From Klebsormidium nitens (taxonomy: Eukaryota; Plantae; Klebsormidiophyceae), in contig DF237239.1 of NCBI GenBank assembly GCA_000708835.1, forward strand, positions 1-64,000: 64,000 nucleotides of DNA. The letters run 5' to 3'. Position numbers and translations under genes: made by a program. Below are positions 13,306 to 26,317 of the stretch, in pieces (within the stretch, counting starts at the first letter, position 1; each line of letters opens with the position of its first letter). A model generated the notes under the pieces. That model was not told where the DNA came from. It saw only the letters and a list, made by a program, of their open reading frames with translations, and did not search any database.

Positions 13306-13394
13306 AGGTACCCGGGGCACGGGTAGGGTTGGCTTGGTGGTTCGGGTGGGCTGGGTTGCGGAGCGGGTGATTTGTAACCGGTTAGGTTCTTTAG
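13306..13394. repeat. Diverged copy of the G-rich MITE core (family at 40497, 41490, 49036)
   Basis: AGGTACCCGGGGCACGGGTAGGGTTGGCTTGGTGGTTCGGGTGGGCTGGGTTGCGGAGCGGGT aligns with AGGTAACCGCACTGGGACGGGTAGGGTTGGTTTGGTGGTTAGGGTGGGTACGGGTGGGGAGCAGGT at 41531. Confidence 0.75.
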
Positions 13395-13615
13395 TTTTGT
13401 ATGCCCGGGGCTTCTGAATCTTGGTGAACACTGCACTTCCGTTGCCATTTATTAATAATACGTTCCCCCGGCTCCTGTAATATACATCTGTCAACTAGCG
13501 TGCGTCCGGTACGGCGCTCAGAATAAAGCAGATGATTGGAGAGTTGCAAGGAAAGTGATCGGACGGTCTGAATTGGCAATTGAGCTTAAATACTTCAGGA
13601 CCCATTTGACCAAGT

Positions 13616-13629
13616 TTGCCACGTGGCAA
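13616..13629. promoter_or_regulatory. Perfect 14-bp palindromic G-box (TTGCCACGTGGCAA) in the divergent AGD/UXT intergenic region
   Basis: Exact palindrome containing GCCACGTGGC, a known bZIP/bHLH site. Function not shown. Confidence 0.4.
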
Positions 13630-14821
13630 CATGTTTGGGATGATTGCAGTCGACACCCTGGCTAGCCAATCTGCAAAACGCCAAAGATGCGGGTCAAGGA
13701 GGTCAGAGAATCTCTGCTCAAATTAAAGTGACACCGACATCAACCTGGGGCTGACGTCTTCTTCCAAAAAGTGATCCACTTTCTTCATAGCACTTCTCAA
13801 AGTCTGACGAGTGCTTTTTCCCGAGATCTCTGTTCCACATTCAATGCGGCGCACAGCATTGCCTGCCCCGTTGTGGCCCTGGCATTCTGGTCAGACGCAG
13901 CTGAGATCTGTACGAAACTGCGATTGTGAGAAGGAACTTCTCCGGGGTGTCTGAGATCTTGGTTGTGCAATGTCTTGGGGTAATTCAAGGAAGCAATGCA
14001 CTAACAGGGAGTGTGACTAGAAGGCTTTGATAACATGAGTGTCGAGGGTTCAGCGCCGTTGTCTTGTAACATCGTATGCTTAGCGGAGATTCTATCAACT
14101 CCCTGCATTGACTGCCACTCATTTGACAAAGCATCCAGTTGAGAAACCTATCAAGTAGCTACACATCTGGCGCGCAGCCATAAGTAGTCTGGTATAGGGG
14201 TCTGCGTCTAGGGCAGCAAGTGCCAGAGGCGGACCCGGTTTTTCAAACTCCGGTGAGTTATGGTCCTGTCAATCAGTGTATGTTGCTTGAATCGAACTGC
14301 ACACCACTGAATCAAAAGGTTTCTACTGAGCAGGACTATGCTGGAGTGTCGGGCGCTCAAGTAGAATGTACGATTTGAGGCGCATCAGCTCACCACCAGT
14401 AGGCGGAGTCTCTTCATCAGAGTTCTGCTTCTGCCTCACTTTTGGAGGCGCCACCAGTTCGTGGCCCCAGAGAAGGCAGACACATCTTTGCAGAGGCGCT
14501 GTTTCTGGGCACTAGCTGCGTGCTTCCTCAACGATGAAAGCCCATTTGATGGGCCTTTGTGGCAACTCACAATTTCTGAAGAATGCACCTTGTTTACAGA
14601 TTGTTCCCAGCTGCGCTGATCACAATCGTGGAGTGTCATGGTAGCTCCGTATCGATACCATCAATCATGGTGCCTTTCCGCCGATTCACCCTTCTGCAAG
14701 AGCGAAACGCTATCCTCGCCTTCGCAGATCTTGAACTGATCAGTGCACAACAGAAGCCACCACCGCTGCATCAGCAGCGCTAAGAGTTGCTGACGTTGGC
14801 GAGGTCGGCACTGGGGCCATC

Positions 14822-17800
14822 ATGAACCGGGGGAATTTGGGCACCGTCGGGGCCCTGTCCCTGTCGGTGGTTTCGTCAGTGTCAATAGTGCTCTGCAACA
14901 AGCAGCTCATGTCGGGGCTGGGCTTCAACTTTGGTGAGTGACACCGATGCTCATGAAACAAGTTGTGAATTCTTTAGCCACAAAGTTGTCAGAGAGATCT
15001 TCAAGAGTCCCGCAACTGAGGCTTGCCTTTCCATGCCTGAGTCAACGCGGGTTTTGACAATCATTCGAGTCTCTTGAATCTCAACACTGGTGGTGTTTAG
15101 GTGGTTGCAACTGAATACTTAGATACTGGGGCGCCCAGATTACACTGTATTACCACCACATCAGTGTTCTGTGGAAGAAGAAACTGCACAAATGAAGAAG
15201 GGCTGTCACGTCATGTGGCAAGATTGATCATTATTCCGGCGAAAGTGTGGGTTGCCTTGATTCCTGCGGCGCAGTCTGAATCAAACAGTGCCGTCAATCA
15301 AGACAAGCCTCTCTGATTGTTGCTGTGCAAGCTCTGCTGTCGCTATCTGTCCTATTACAGGAGTTTCAGAGCTTGTACTGTCAGTTTGCCCGGCTGAAAC
15401 CTTGCTTCAGAATGATTGGTTATGGGAGCCCACAATGAGGCCGGTGCCGTCGCTTTCTCGCAGCAATAGCAACTATGGATGTCCAGGCCGGCACTCAGGA
15501 GTTCAAAAGAATCAGCTTGGATCCTCGCCTGATTTTTCGAAATCAAAGTGGACCAATCATGTGGACTTCATTCTATTAAAGGAAGAGAAGCTGATGGCTC
15601 CTTTGTCTCGCAGCAACAACGCTTACCAGCTGGCACTTGCTCGTCACCTTCATATTCTTGCATTGCGCACGTTGGTTTGAGTTCTTTGAGCACAAGTCTA
15701 TGGAACCGAGGATGCTAGTGGGCTTTGGGATCCTCAACGGCATCTCGATAGCGCTCCTCAATCTGAGCCTGGGGTTCAACTCCGTGGGATTTTACCAGGT
15801 GGGCTTCTCGACACCTGGCCAGTAACGATGTCCGTCGACGATACTCTTACGCCATCATGTATCGAAATAGTGCCCCCATGACGAGCTGTGATGGTTATTC
15901 TTTACTTCAAGTCTTGCTTGCTGATTGGCCAATCGATCCGGCAGGGTTGAACGACAACAACGGGCAGTTGGGCGATCGCTCTTGCTTTGGACGAAGCCCA
16001 ATCGAACGTAGCCCAAAACTCTCAAATCAGGCAGTTCACTTATCGTTTCCCGTTGAACAGAATTTGGCGGTGGAGTCTGCGCTGCTCGTAGTCGCTGCTG
16101 GATACAGCCCTGAAGCAAGCGACCAGTGACACCGTTGCAACCTTTTTAAGCAGCAGGAGTCCTGAAAGCGGGAGTCTCGAGTTGCTATCTGGGCGCCTTC
16201 GACCCTTGCTGAATCTCTCTTCCATGCCTTAATGGGGATAAAAGCTGCGGTTAAGACAAACACTGCAATCAAAAGTGAAAGTACGGCGGTTTCCCTACCG
16301 GCTTGCGTGTGCTCCTTCGTCCAGATGACCAAGCTGGCCATCATTCCGTGTACGGTCTTCTTAGAAACGGTCTTCCTCCAAAAAGTCTTCAGGTGAGGCC
16401 GTCTTGGCAACTTCTGTCGCCACTTCTTTCTCGTCAGGAGTGAGGATCATTTAGCCTACCGAAAATATACTAGTAAATGTTTGCACTTCTCTATGGGCTA
16501 CCCGTCTTTTCGACGAGACCTGACAAGTGAGCGAAGTGAGGGGGACGAATCAAGAGACTGTCGCTCTTGAGGCATGCTTGTTCCGGATCCGACTGCGCCT
16601 AGGTGCACAAATCTCCCAACTGATTGAGCCTTCATATGCACTGGCACGGCCGTACCTTTTTGGAGAGGTGATCTTGTTAAACTAGCCCATCTGGTCCCGG
16701 GTATAGCAAGTGGGTGCAAGCGAGTACGCCCAATTCCAGAGATTTGTATCGAACAATTACTGCCAAATTACACAAAGTCGGATACGTGCCGTAAGCTGTT
16801 GTCTCACAAGGTTTGCAGTCTGGTTTGCTTCTGTCGACCGGTGGTGGGGGAGCCGTTCTGGCGATGCCTCAGAGACTTCTGTATCAAGTCGGAAACGAGA
16901 TTTTTAGATCAAATTCAACAACAAATTGTTTTATCTGATATCATTACCAGATTTTTGTGTAGATATAACATAGAAGATCTTTATACTAAAGAAGGTAGAT
17001 TTCGGTGCAAAACTGGTACTGCTAAAATCCAGACGCCCCCTCCGCCTCATCCGTCTCGTTATGCGAACTCATCAGAAGCACGCGGGACTCTGCTTTATAC
17101 TATCGCCGTCTTGTCGATCTACAACTTCGCTGTATTCCCAGCGCGTTCCGTTCGTCTAAGAATAGTAGAGATAGACCGGCCCTTGTCTGATGCTTATCGG
17201 CAGTACGCCGATTCACGATTGCGCCCCCTTTCCCCCTCCCTTGCGCAGCCGCTCCGTCCAGCTGTCTCTGCTATACTCTCGGCCGGTCTAGTGCTTATTG
17301 CCTTATGCTGATCCCCAATTTCACTCGCGCCCCCCGCCTCTCGCAGCGAACTCTGTCCAGCTGTCCCTGCTATGCCTCTTGGCCAGTCTACTATTTATTA
17401 CCTGATGCTGATATCCAATCTCATTCGCCACCCCCTTCTCGCAGCCGCTCCGTCCAGTCGTCCCTGCTATGCCGCTTGGCCGGTCAATTTCTCCTCGTCT
17501 TATGCTGATCCCCAATTCCACTCGCCCCCCCCCTCGCGGCCGCTCCGGCCAGCTGTCCCTGCCACCTCTTGGCCGGCCTGATGCTTATAGCCTTACGCTG
17601 ATTTCCAGTTGCAACCCCCCTCTGTTTTCGCAGCCGCCCCGTCCAGCTGTCCCTGCTGTGCCTCCTGGCCGGCGTCGGCATCGCGACCGTGACGGACTTG
17701 GAGCTCAACTTCCTCGGCACGTGCCTCTCCCTGCTGGCCATCCTGACGACGTGCATCGCGCAAATCATGACCAACACCATCCAGAAGCGGGCCAAGCTTT

Positions 17801-19656
17801 CGTCCACGCAACTGCTGTACCAAACGACTCCGGTCATGGCCGCGACGCTGCTCATGATCGGGCCGTTCCTCGACCGGGCACTCACGGGGGCCCCCGTGTT
17901 TGGGTTTGACTACACGCGGCTCGTCACGGTGAGGCGGTGATTGACGAGGGTGGGTCTGAATACGTGCAGAGTCAGCCGACTGCGGCATAGGCCGTAAGCG
18001 GTTTGTTCTTAACGATGTTAACTTCGCAATGTGCTAGCCTGGAAACGAGGTGCTCTGTTCTCGATTCGGTCACCGTAAGTTCATTCCTCAACTCGCCTCT
18101 CTGCCGACTTCTAGAAATCTTGTCCCTTTTAATCACCGGCCGTCTGCCAGAACACACTGGTCTTTTAGGATTCCTTGTCTACCACTTTCTGACTAGCGGA
18201 CGCTTCCTCGCAAGTAACTTGGAAGGCCTGCCAATTCAGCTGCGATCCCCAACCAAGCCAAACATCGAACTTTGTCGGATGTCAGCGGACTACTAACGGG
18301 CGCTCCCTTTCCTATGCAGACGTTCATCGTCCTTTCTTGCGCAATCTCCATCTCCGTCAATTTCTCCACTTTCCTGGTGATCGGAAAAACGTCCCCGGTA
18401 ACGTATCAGGTGAGGGCCGCTCTGCTGACGTTTGATGACGTGTAAGCGTCTGAAGTCGGGCAATCAGGCACTGGTCAGTTAGCAGCTTATGGGTTTGCGG
18501 CAATTCAGAATACGGAGAGCCGTAGTCCCTGTGAGAGAGCAGTTGACCGGTGCAGTTGCTCGATCGGACTTTCTGGAAAGCTGTAACTGCGTGCGCAGTC
18601 GGATGTAACGTCTACTGAATTCCCTGTGATTGGAATGGTATATGGAAATCCTCGTGGCGATTAGCAAGATTGGATGCGGTTAGCAAGTTCGTCGAACAGC
18701 TTGATTGTGTTCATCTAGTCGATCAAGTTTGCTTGTCCATCAAATAGCTCGACAAATTAGATACATATAGCTTGTTACATTTGTCTCGTTTTCAACAAGC
18801 CACGCTCGCTAGCTTCATCAAACCATCAGAGCTGTGTCACGCGCGACCTGAAGTCCGGCGCAGGATATCTTTCTTCGAAGGATATAACCCAGTGCGTCAT
18901 CTCGTCCTTTTCTTTGTTCTGCCACTTCTCCACGGTCACGGTCACTACAAAAATGGGGAGCATCTCTAACCTCGTATCGTACGTCTTTGCTGCACCCTTT
19001 GGGCTTACGTGTTTTCAAACAGTTGCTGACGTCAAAGCTTGTTTGCCGCTCAGGTGCTTGGTCACCTGAAGACGTGCCTGGTCCTTTTCCTGGGCTTCAT
19101 GCTCTTCAAGACCCCTGCCACGTGGCGCAACATCGGGGGCATCCTGGTCGCGATGGCGGGCATGATCGCGTATTCGTACGCAAGCATTCAGGTAGGCGGG
19201 CCGAACAAACACTTAAACTCTCTGAAATCTGCTCTTATATTCCATCTGACTTTTCGCACGTGACAAAGGTCCTAACCTACTTCTCCTTTGGAGCCGCTTC
19301 CAAAAGTTGGAATGCTGACCTGAAACGGGAGTTGATTCCGCTTAGGCATGACTGCAGGATTTGGTGGGTACTGGGCTCTTAGCTGGCCGGAGATATAACA
19401 TCAGCGTGACAAAGAAAGATGTGCTGCGCTTCGGAGGTCGTTCTGCTCTGCGTTAAACGAGTTGCGCAAAAGTCGTTGACGACCCCAATCGCCTTGTTTG
19501 TGACGCTCCTTGTTACCGCTGATCCAGGAGAGTCAACCGAAGCCAAAACGGGACGAGCTTCTGCCGACACGGACGCCCGAAAATGGGCTATCGTACGAGA
19601 ACATGGCCAACGGGGGAAGCGCGAACAACATGAACGGCCTCGATGCGAAGAGCTAG
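14822..19656 (+). CDS. UXT: Nucleotide-sugar transporter, UDP-xylose transporter (UXT)-like, TPT/DMT family, ~338 aa, 7 exons
   Basis: Exons 14822-14933, 15614-15798, 16325-16392, 17634-17928, 18320-18409, 19054-19191, 19528-19656, phases consistent. Motifs GALSLSVVSSVSIVLCNK, TTLTSWHL, NLSLGFNSVGFYQMTKLAIIP, SVNFSTFLVIGKTSPVTYQVLGHLKTCLVL closely match plant UXT1-3. Confidence 0.93.
17188..17680 (+). repeat. Five ~96-bp tandem units, each = branch point + pyrimidine tract + AG + first ~45 nt of UXT exon 4
   Basis: Acceptor-equivalent dinucleotides end at 17248 (AG), 17346 (AG), 17444 (AG), 17539 (GG) and 17633 (AG, true acceptor). Each is preceded by (A/G)(C/T)GC(T/C)GAT and followed by a CCGCTCCGTCCAGCTGTCCCTGCT...GGCCGG-like sequence. 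Confidence 0.9.
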
Positions 19657-21261
19657 GTGCATCGTGCGAGCTGCATGATGAGAACGCGTGCTGCGTACGG
19701 TACAACTGTTCCGAAACGCGTGTTTGAGTCAGCCTGTTGAACCATTTTTAGGCGTCAAGGAGAATTAACATTTACTCAGATATAGTACAGACCGTGCCCG
19801 CATCAGCGCCGATTTGCAAAGCCGCTACGGTGGCTGTCGACCTGATTAACATGCTAATCATCGTCCTAATCTAGTGTAGCTGACCATCCCTGTAGTGATT
19901 CCCGGAGGCACGCGTTTTTTGAGGCTTTCCAAGAGTACGGTCCCCCTTAAGGCCCTAGCTTAGCTTCAAAGAGCGATTCTTGGTGCACGCCTTAACATAT
20001 ACTAACACAACCATGATGCGAACGTATTTTCTGGCGCTTCCGAAGCTAGTCGGACTCTATGCATGCGGCGCTTTCGTATAAAGTTCAGGGTTAGTACGGT
20101 TGAGCTCTGATTGTTCCGACACGATCATGCATGGAGCCTGCATGAGTGAGAGGCCCGGGACTGTCTGACTCAGATCTGTCATGGTTGAGCAGGGCCACAA
20201 TCCGTGTATATATATGTGAAAATGAATTGCATGGAAGCCATGTGCTGGCGCAAATCTGCGGGGGCCTCATCTCGCGTGCACGATCAGTGCAAGCTTCCTT
20301 GCATGTATACCTGCATTCATGCCTATATACGCGGTTGAAAAGAGATTGCATGGCACCGGGTGATCATCATGCACTGTTATAAGATCCGCATATATATCTG
20401 AGGACCGGCGCCCGGCCGCTTCAGCTAGCCAGGACACAAATAGGTACATGTGCGCCTCTCGGATCGTTGTGGCAAGCTGATCAACCATGCGTATTGAATT
20501 TAGCTGATTTGAAAAACAAGCCGCTCGAGGGTCTGATTGCCAGCCTGCATGGCTCACTCTGAACGGCGCGGGTGCAGCTTTGCATTGATCATCACTGTTC
20601 CAGGGTCGAGTGCGGCTTTCTTCCGCGACGTTGAGTTTCGTATGCCTACAGTAGTTGGATGTGAAGTGGAACTGAGCCAGCTAATACGGGATCGCGACTT
20701 GTACTAAAGGTCACCTAACAAAGAATACGTGAGAATCCAATATACCAGAAAATCAGGGACCGGGGCGACAGAGGATCATAAGGATGGTTGTGATCAGGTT
20801 GGAAGGATATTTTGAAGGAAGCTGCTTCAAACTTCGCATAAGAAACTCGAAATTGGGTGTGCAACTGTCTTCCAGGCTCTGATTGCTAGTCTCCCGCTGA
20901 TCTTTGCATAAAATCTAATACTTAGAGTTCATCAACCCAGGCCCTAGCATGGCTTTCCTGTACAGAAAAGTCTGTCGGAACGTCAGCTAGTTAGAAGCCC
21001 TTCTATAAGTTCTACTGTACGTAGCTTCTTTCGGCCCAAATCCTACGAATAACAAGGCACCTTTCCAACAATCAATATACTCAGAGTACACTCAACGCGC
21101 TTTTTGAATAAACCGCTCATTGGCTGGAGATACGTTTGCGAGTGCTGCCTGTTTCTAGGCATTCCAGTATACCAGCAAGTGAGATCTGAATCCAAAGTGA
21201 GATCGGACCTCCGAATGAGGCGACCACCCGCTTGATTGTTTGTTCAAGCATACCTAGGTAC

Positions 21262-24200
21262 TCAACATACTCGTAAGACACAGCCTTTGCTTTTGGCCTT
21301 CGACTGCGTGGCACTGCTTATCTTCATCCGTTCTACTGTAAGCGTTTCAAGGTTTTCACATTCTTCTACGAAAGAAGCGATGCCCGGGTCTGTCACCTGC
21401 ACAAGGGAGGAAACAAATGGATCAGCTGCAAGCACTGATTAGAAAAGGAGGCTTAAAAAAGGTGAAATTGGCTTTCCGCACAACGATCCCTGGACTATTT
21501 GCACGGCTCAGCTTGCTATTCTCGGTGCAGAATTCCTGCTTTTAACAGAGTTAGGAGTGGCGGCTGGAATGTGAGGCAAGCAATAAACTGAAGGGCCTTT
21601 CAAGAGGCTACTTTATGACAGCAACTAAAACTATCTGGCATTTCACAAGACTCGAGGGAGCGGATTCCATGATTAAGGGCTCGCTTTTTCATGCTTTCTG
21701 GTTGCTGTGCCCAGAACGTACCTTGGGAAGTTTCCCTATGTTGATCTCCTTCAGCCCCTCCGACCAGATACCAATTGCAACCAGTCCTTCGTCATCCACC
21801 TCGGAGCAGCCGTTGATACTCAAATTTTGCAGGTTGGAAAATCCTGCTGCGATTGAAGCCACCTGCAAAGGAACAGAAGTCTTTGATGCCACCGGGCCAG
21901 TGTGATAAGTCGCTGGAACTCCCAGTTATCTTGGCTAGCTCAGGGGTAACAGGGCATGCCAGCCAAACGGCTGACCCCAAAAGCATTGACTCCACATATG
22001 GAGAATGGTGCACAGATGAGGGACTGCTTTACAAAATGATCACGTATTGCAAAAGGCTAGCAGCTGAAAACGACCAAGCTTGCTGTTTCTTCTTGGAGGT
22101 GCTGATTTGCGTCAACATTGTTATGCAGATTGCCAGCATTTTTGGGGAATTGCGGAAGCCGAAGCTAAAGCTGCCCGGACTTTCAAAACCGGCCAGTTTC
22201 TGATGCTCGACACGTGATCCGAACAAGTTGATTTGTTGTGCTTATGCTCACCCCCAGATTGCTGACACTGCTGCACCCGTCTAGGACGAGCTCCTCCAAC
22301 GTTGTACATCGGATCTGTCCGAATTTGACCATGCCCCGGTCTGTCACACCGGTGCATCCTCGGAGGTTTACTTTTTGAAGCCGGCCCAGGTTACGTTCCA
22401 GAACGGTCGCAAAAGCATCGTTGTTAAACCTGGGTCAAAGAGGCAAAATTGTCCATAAGAAAGAGGTTCCGAAGCAACATCTCCAAGAGGACACAAGGTC
22501 AAAATAGAACACCAGAAAGACAGCTACATACGTCATTGCTAAACCGGACATACGAATTCGTTAAGCACACGACCTTCACAACCTGACTTGCTGGGATTTA
22601 CTGCCTTGTGGCCCTTCAGCAAGCAGAATTTAGTTGGGGTTGCCCTTCGCACACGTCCGACGTCCCCTTCACGTCATCCAAAAGTCTGGGTAAAAGGTAC
22701 TTCACAGAAACTTTCTGGCTTACCCAATCAATCTGTCAAGCATCACTTCTTTGACATGTATCAGCGCATTCCGCGAGAGGGCGAGCAACCCCATCCCGTG
22801 CGGCGTAAACCCCTCGCAGCGGATTAGCGAAAGCTCCTCGAGGTCGGAGTTCCGGTCCAGAAGGGCCACCATGCCTGTGTCTAAAGTGCCTGTGCCACCC
22901 TTGATGAACAGCCTTTGCAGCGTGGAGCAGTGAAGGGAGAGTTTCCTGTAAGGAAAAGAAAGCTTCAGAGCACGGCCCGAGGAAGTATCCCTGCTAGCAG
23001 ACAGAGAAACAGGAGCATTGAAGTAGCTACATCAGCAAAACGAGTCTGCTAAAGCGGGTGCTATGAAGACTCACCTGAGTGTTTCACTAGTTGTTCCTGC
23101 GCAGTCGGAAAGGGTCAGGTCCTCGAGTCGTTTGCAGTTCTTGCCCACTGCGTTAAGCGCCGCAGATGTAAACTCGTTGCAGTTTGTGAGGTGCAGAGTC
23201 GTCAGGTTTGTACAACCCTGTAAAGTTGTAGAGCCGTTTTCGAGCAAGATGCGAGGTGCAATTATGGGAATAAGCAAGTGAACAACAATGAGGTGGACAA
23301 CATGTATCCCTTTCTAAGAAGCGTCAACTGCAGAGTTAGATTAACCTGCCTTAGCTTGTTTCTTAAGCTACCGGACTACTAACTCACCGGTTGGCATCAT
23401 AACTGGGGAGACCATTTGGATTTTTGTGGGCCAAGTAATCCTGAAGCTGTTATTCTGCTGCCATGAAGGAAAGGCCTGACGACATGCGAAGTTGCTTTCA
23501 GCCTCACCTGGGAGAAGTCTATCATGCCCTTGTCACCAAACTTTGGGCAGAACCTGAGCGTCAGAGACTGCAGCTGCCTGCAATTCCCTAATGCTGCCAG
23601 CCCGGGGTTTCCTGCAAGGTGGCAGTCTTCCATGGACAGGCTCTCCAGAGAAAGGCAGCCAGACCCGATGGACTGGAGACCTTGATCGCTTATGATGTAG
23701 CACCCACTAAGCACCTGCCAAAGGAGCATATGCTTATTGGTATCTGTGAGCCAAATGGAGAAAATGCTCTCTGTTTCCTGTGTCCAAGAAAAAATGTGCT
23801 GACTTCGTACGTAAGTGCTATGAGAGGAAATCTCTGAGAACCGGAGTGCAACTTAAGGGTCCTTCTAACCATCAAATCTATGAGACAGACCTGTGATCCA
23901 GGATCCAAACCTTCTATTGGTTTTGTGTGCATCAAGTACTTGCATCAAAACACTCAACACATTCAGGCAGATCAGTGTAATCAATCTGTCAGGCGAATGG
24001 CGGTCTGCGTCAAAAAACCTTGCTCAAGGATCTGCAAGCTCGCTTGAATAGAAGCAGGCAATGTATACCATCTGTCTCAAACAGAATTCTCCTGTAGCAG
24101 GTGGCCCTCTTCTGAGACACTTCTCGCGGGAACCTACCAGCTTTGTAATATGCTTGAAGTCGCGGCTGATTGCAGCAAGGCCATCATCTGTGAGATCCCC

Positions 24201-25014
24201 AGTGATCTGCGTCCTAGGGGCCTGCAAATTCAGCTTCAGGCAATTGGGGAACTCCTTGCGCAGCTGTGGCAGGTCTTTCTCTCGTGTTGCGGTGACCTCC
24301 CGCCGTGCTAACTTCTCCAGCTCCTGCCACCGCTTGCATACAACGCCCGCTCTCAGGGAGTCTGCCAGGTCGTCAATCTTCTCCAGGATTGCGATGATGC
24401 ACTGCATGAAATCCATGGCGCATCCTCAGTTCACTTTTCGCTCTGTTTCTTTTCTGCCTGCCATTGGAGGACACAGATCATTCCGAATCAATGTAGCGGC
24501 AACCATGATCCATGGACTTGAAGTAGAGGATAGAGAGCATGCGCTGAATCACAATGGACCAGATTGTATAGTAGGATTAGGAAGCGTGTGCTAATCCAAG
24601 GCCGGCATGAACTGTCTTAGATGGCTAAGGTATCATCCTGACATGATTGTTAGGAAATGGTGGAGCTGTGATCCAGTAAAGTGCAGCCTTGGCGTGTGTT
24701 GTTGGTGTACAGATGTTGCTCAAGCCCAGAGGAAACAAAGGAAGCCATAGCTCCCAGCTCACCTCATCCGGAAGCAGATTGTTGATTGGGCCCTGATCCA
24801 AGTCAAGTTGCAACACTCGTCTCGTCTTTTTTGTACCTGATTCTTCCAAGCCTTCTAGAATTGCCCCCATATTCGTCGCCGGACTCGCTGTTGACTGAAT
24901 TCGAACCACCTTTCTGCGTCTTCCTTTCTTCTCGGGTTCTGGTGGTCCCGCAACCCCCTTGACATCATCCGCCTTGTGCCCATTCCGGGCAGCATGTCGA
25001 GTTGCCCTCACCAT
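21262..25014 (-). CDS. F-box/LRR-repeat protein (FBXL/RNI-like), ~513 aa, 8 exons
   Basis: Exons 25014-24763, 24401-24138, 23714-23508, 23217-23075, 22945-22724, 22429-22252, 21862-21722, 21396-21262, phases consistent. F-box LLPDE|CIIAILEKI...RAGVVCKRW spans the first intron, followed by cysteine-containing LRRs (LxxLxLxxCxxxTDxG). The start codon could lie further upstream, up to 25194. Confidence 0.9.
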
Positions 25015-26317
25015 TGTTGCCACGCAAACCACCACCAAATGACGTTCCTTGGAAAACCTCGTACCCTTGACACGTTGCAGGACATCCAACGTCGAACCCC
25101 TCCTGCACAGATGCGGGAGTCCCTGCTTGGAGCGGGATAAGATCAATTGGGAACGTTCCGGGCAGGAGGCGACTTGACAAACCTGCTCAGCCACACGCTG
25201 ATGGATGCACGCATCCCGACCTCACTCCAAAGATAGGAAGCTGCAGACTCTGCACACTACCTACCGCACAGATGTACAGGCTGCAGCTTGCCGAAACCTT
25301 CGGTAAAGGTACCTACCGTCGCTGCGAAGCTACCCATTGTGTATAGACTGTAAACAATCTTGGGACAAAATAGCGGTACGGTACCGTGCACTCCCTTATG
25401 GGCAATGCCGCATTGCCCAATTTGTGCAGATTTGAAAGATTTCAAGCTGCTTTTGGCGCGTTATTGAACCAATCAGAAATCGACGCCGATTTTGAAGCAC
25501 ACCCGTGCCGTACGATACTTTCAAACCATCGGACGGCCAGTGTGCTCGATGTTGAATGCAACAAATTGAACTTCTAGGCTTACTGGCACGTGGCAGTAGG
25601 CAGACTTCGAGAAGACGACCGTCCGGTCGCGCTAAGAATTGGGCGACTCAGGGCCGTTCATGGATGGCTTGGCGCATGCAGTGGAATAAAGGTACAAAGG
25701 GTTAGAGGAATAGAGGAAGCTCGTTTTTCTCGAGCTTTATAGTGCCCTTCGTTGCAACTTTGATATCGGGACGTCACGGCTGCCCAATGGCCCATCAACA
25801 AAGAAACATATGTCGTGAGCGTGCGGGTTTTCGAGGGCACAATAGTGCTGTTGATTGTGGAGCCACCCGGGCGTCACGGCCGCATTGCACCCGAAGCATT
25901 AGCTTCTATGCAGGATAGGCAAAGGCCACGTGAGAGAAGAACCCCGGTGCTAGCACATTCTCTATAACGATTCTGAGCGGATAAGCACTTTAAAGAGCTT
26001 CCAACATGCCGTCGTTTCTTCGGTTGTTGCACTTTGTTGGTGCGATGCTAGTCACTTCGATTGACCATTTGACTATACTAAGTACTAGTACCTTATCTCC
26101 GCGCCCTTGAATGCTTCGAACGTCCAACTGAATGCTCGAATGCACTTCCATCGGAGCGGTATGACACAAATGAGTGTATCATTCAATCAGATGAAAAGGC
26201 TCCGAAAATCAATCAGGGGTGGATGTTCTTAGATGAAAGCGGTACTTTGTGGAGTATCGTATGAATGATATCGACAGTAGAACGACTCAGAAGTTGTGAC
26301 ATTATTGCAGGATCCTT

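Noticed and set aside
16799-17311. 170-aa sense ORF and an AT-rich patch (~16890-17030) in UXT intron 3
   Set aside because: Non-ATG start, runs into the tandem repeat, no homology recognised, and no TIR or TSD around the AT-rich patch.
21067-21240. 9-bp inverted repeat AACAATCAA/TTGATTGTT near the F-box stop
   Set aside because: Too short, no TSD, arms do not extend.
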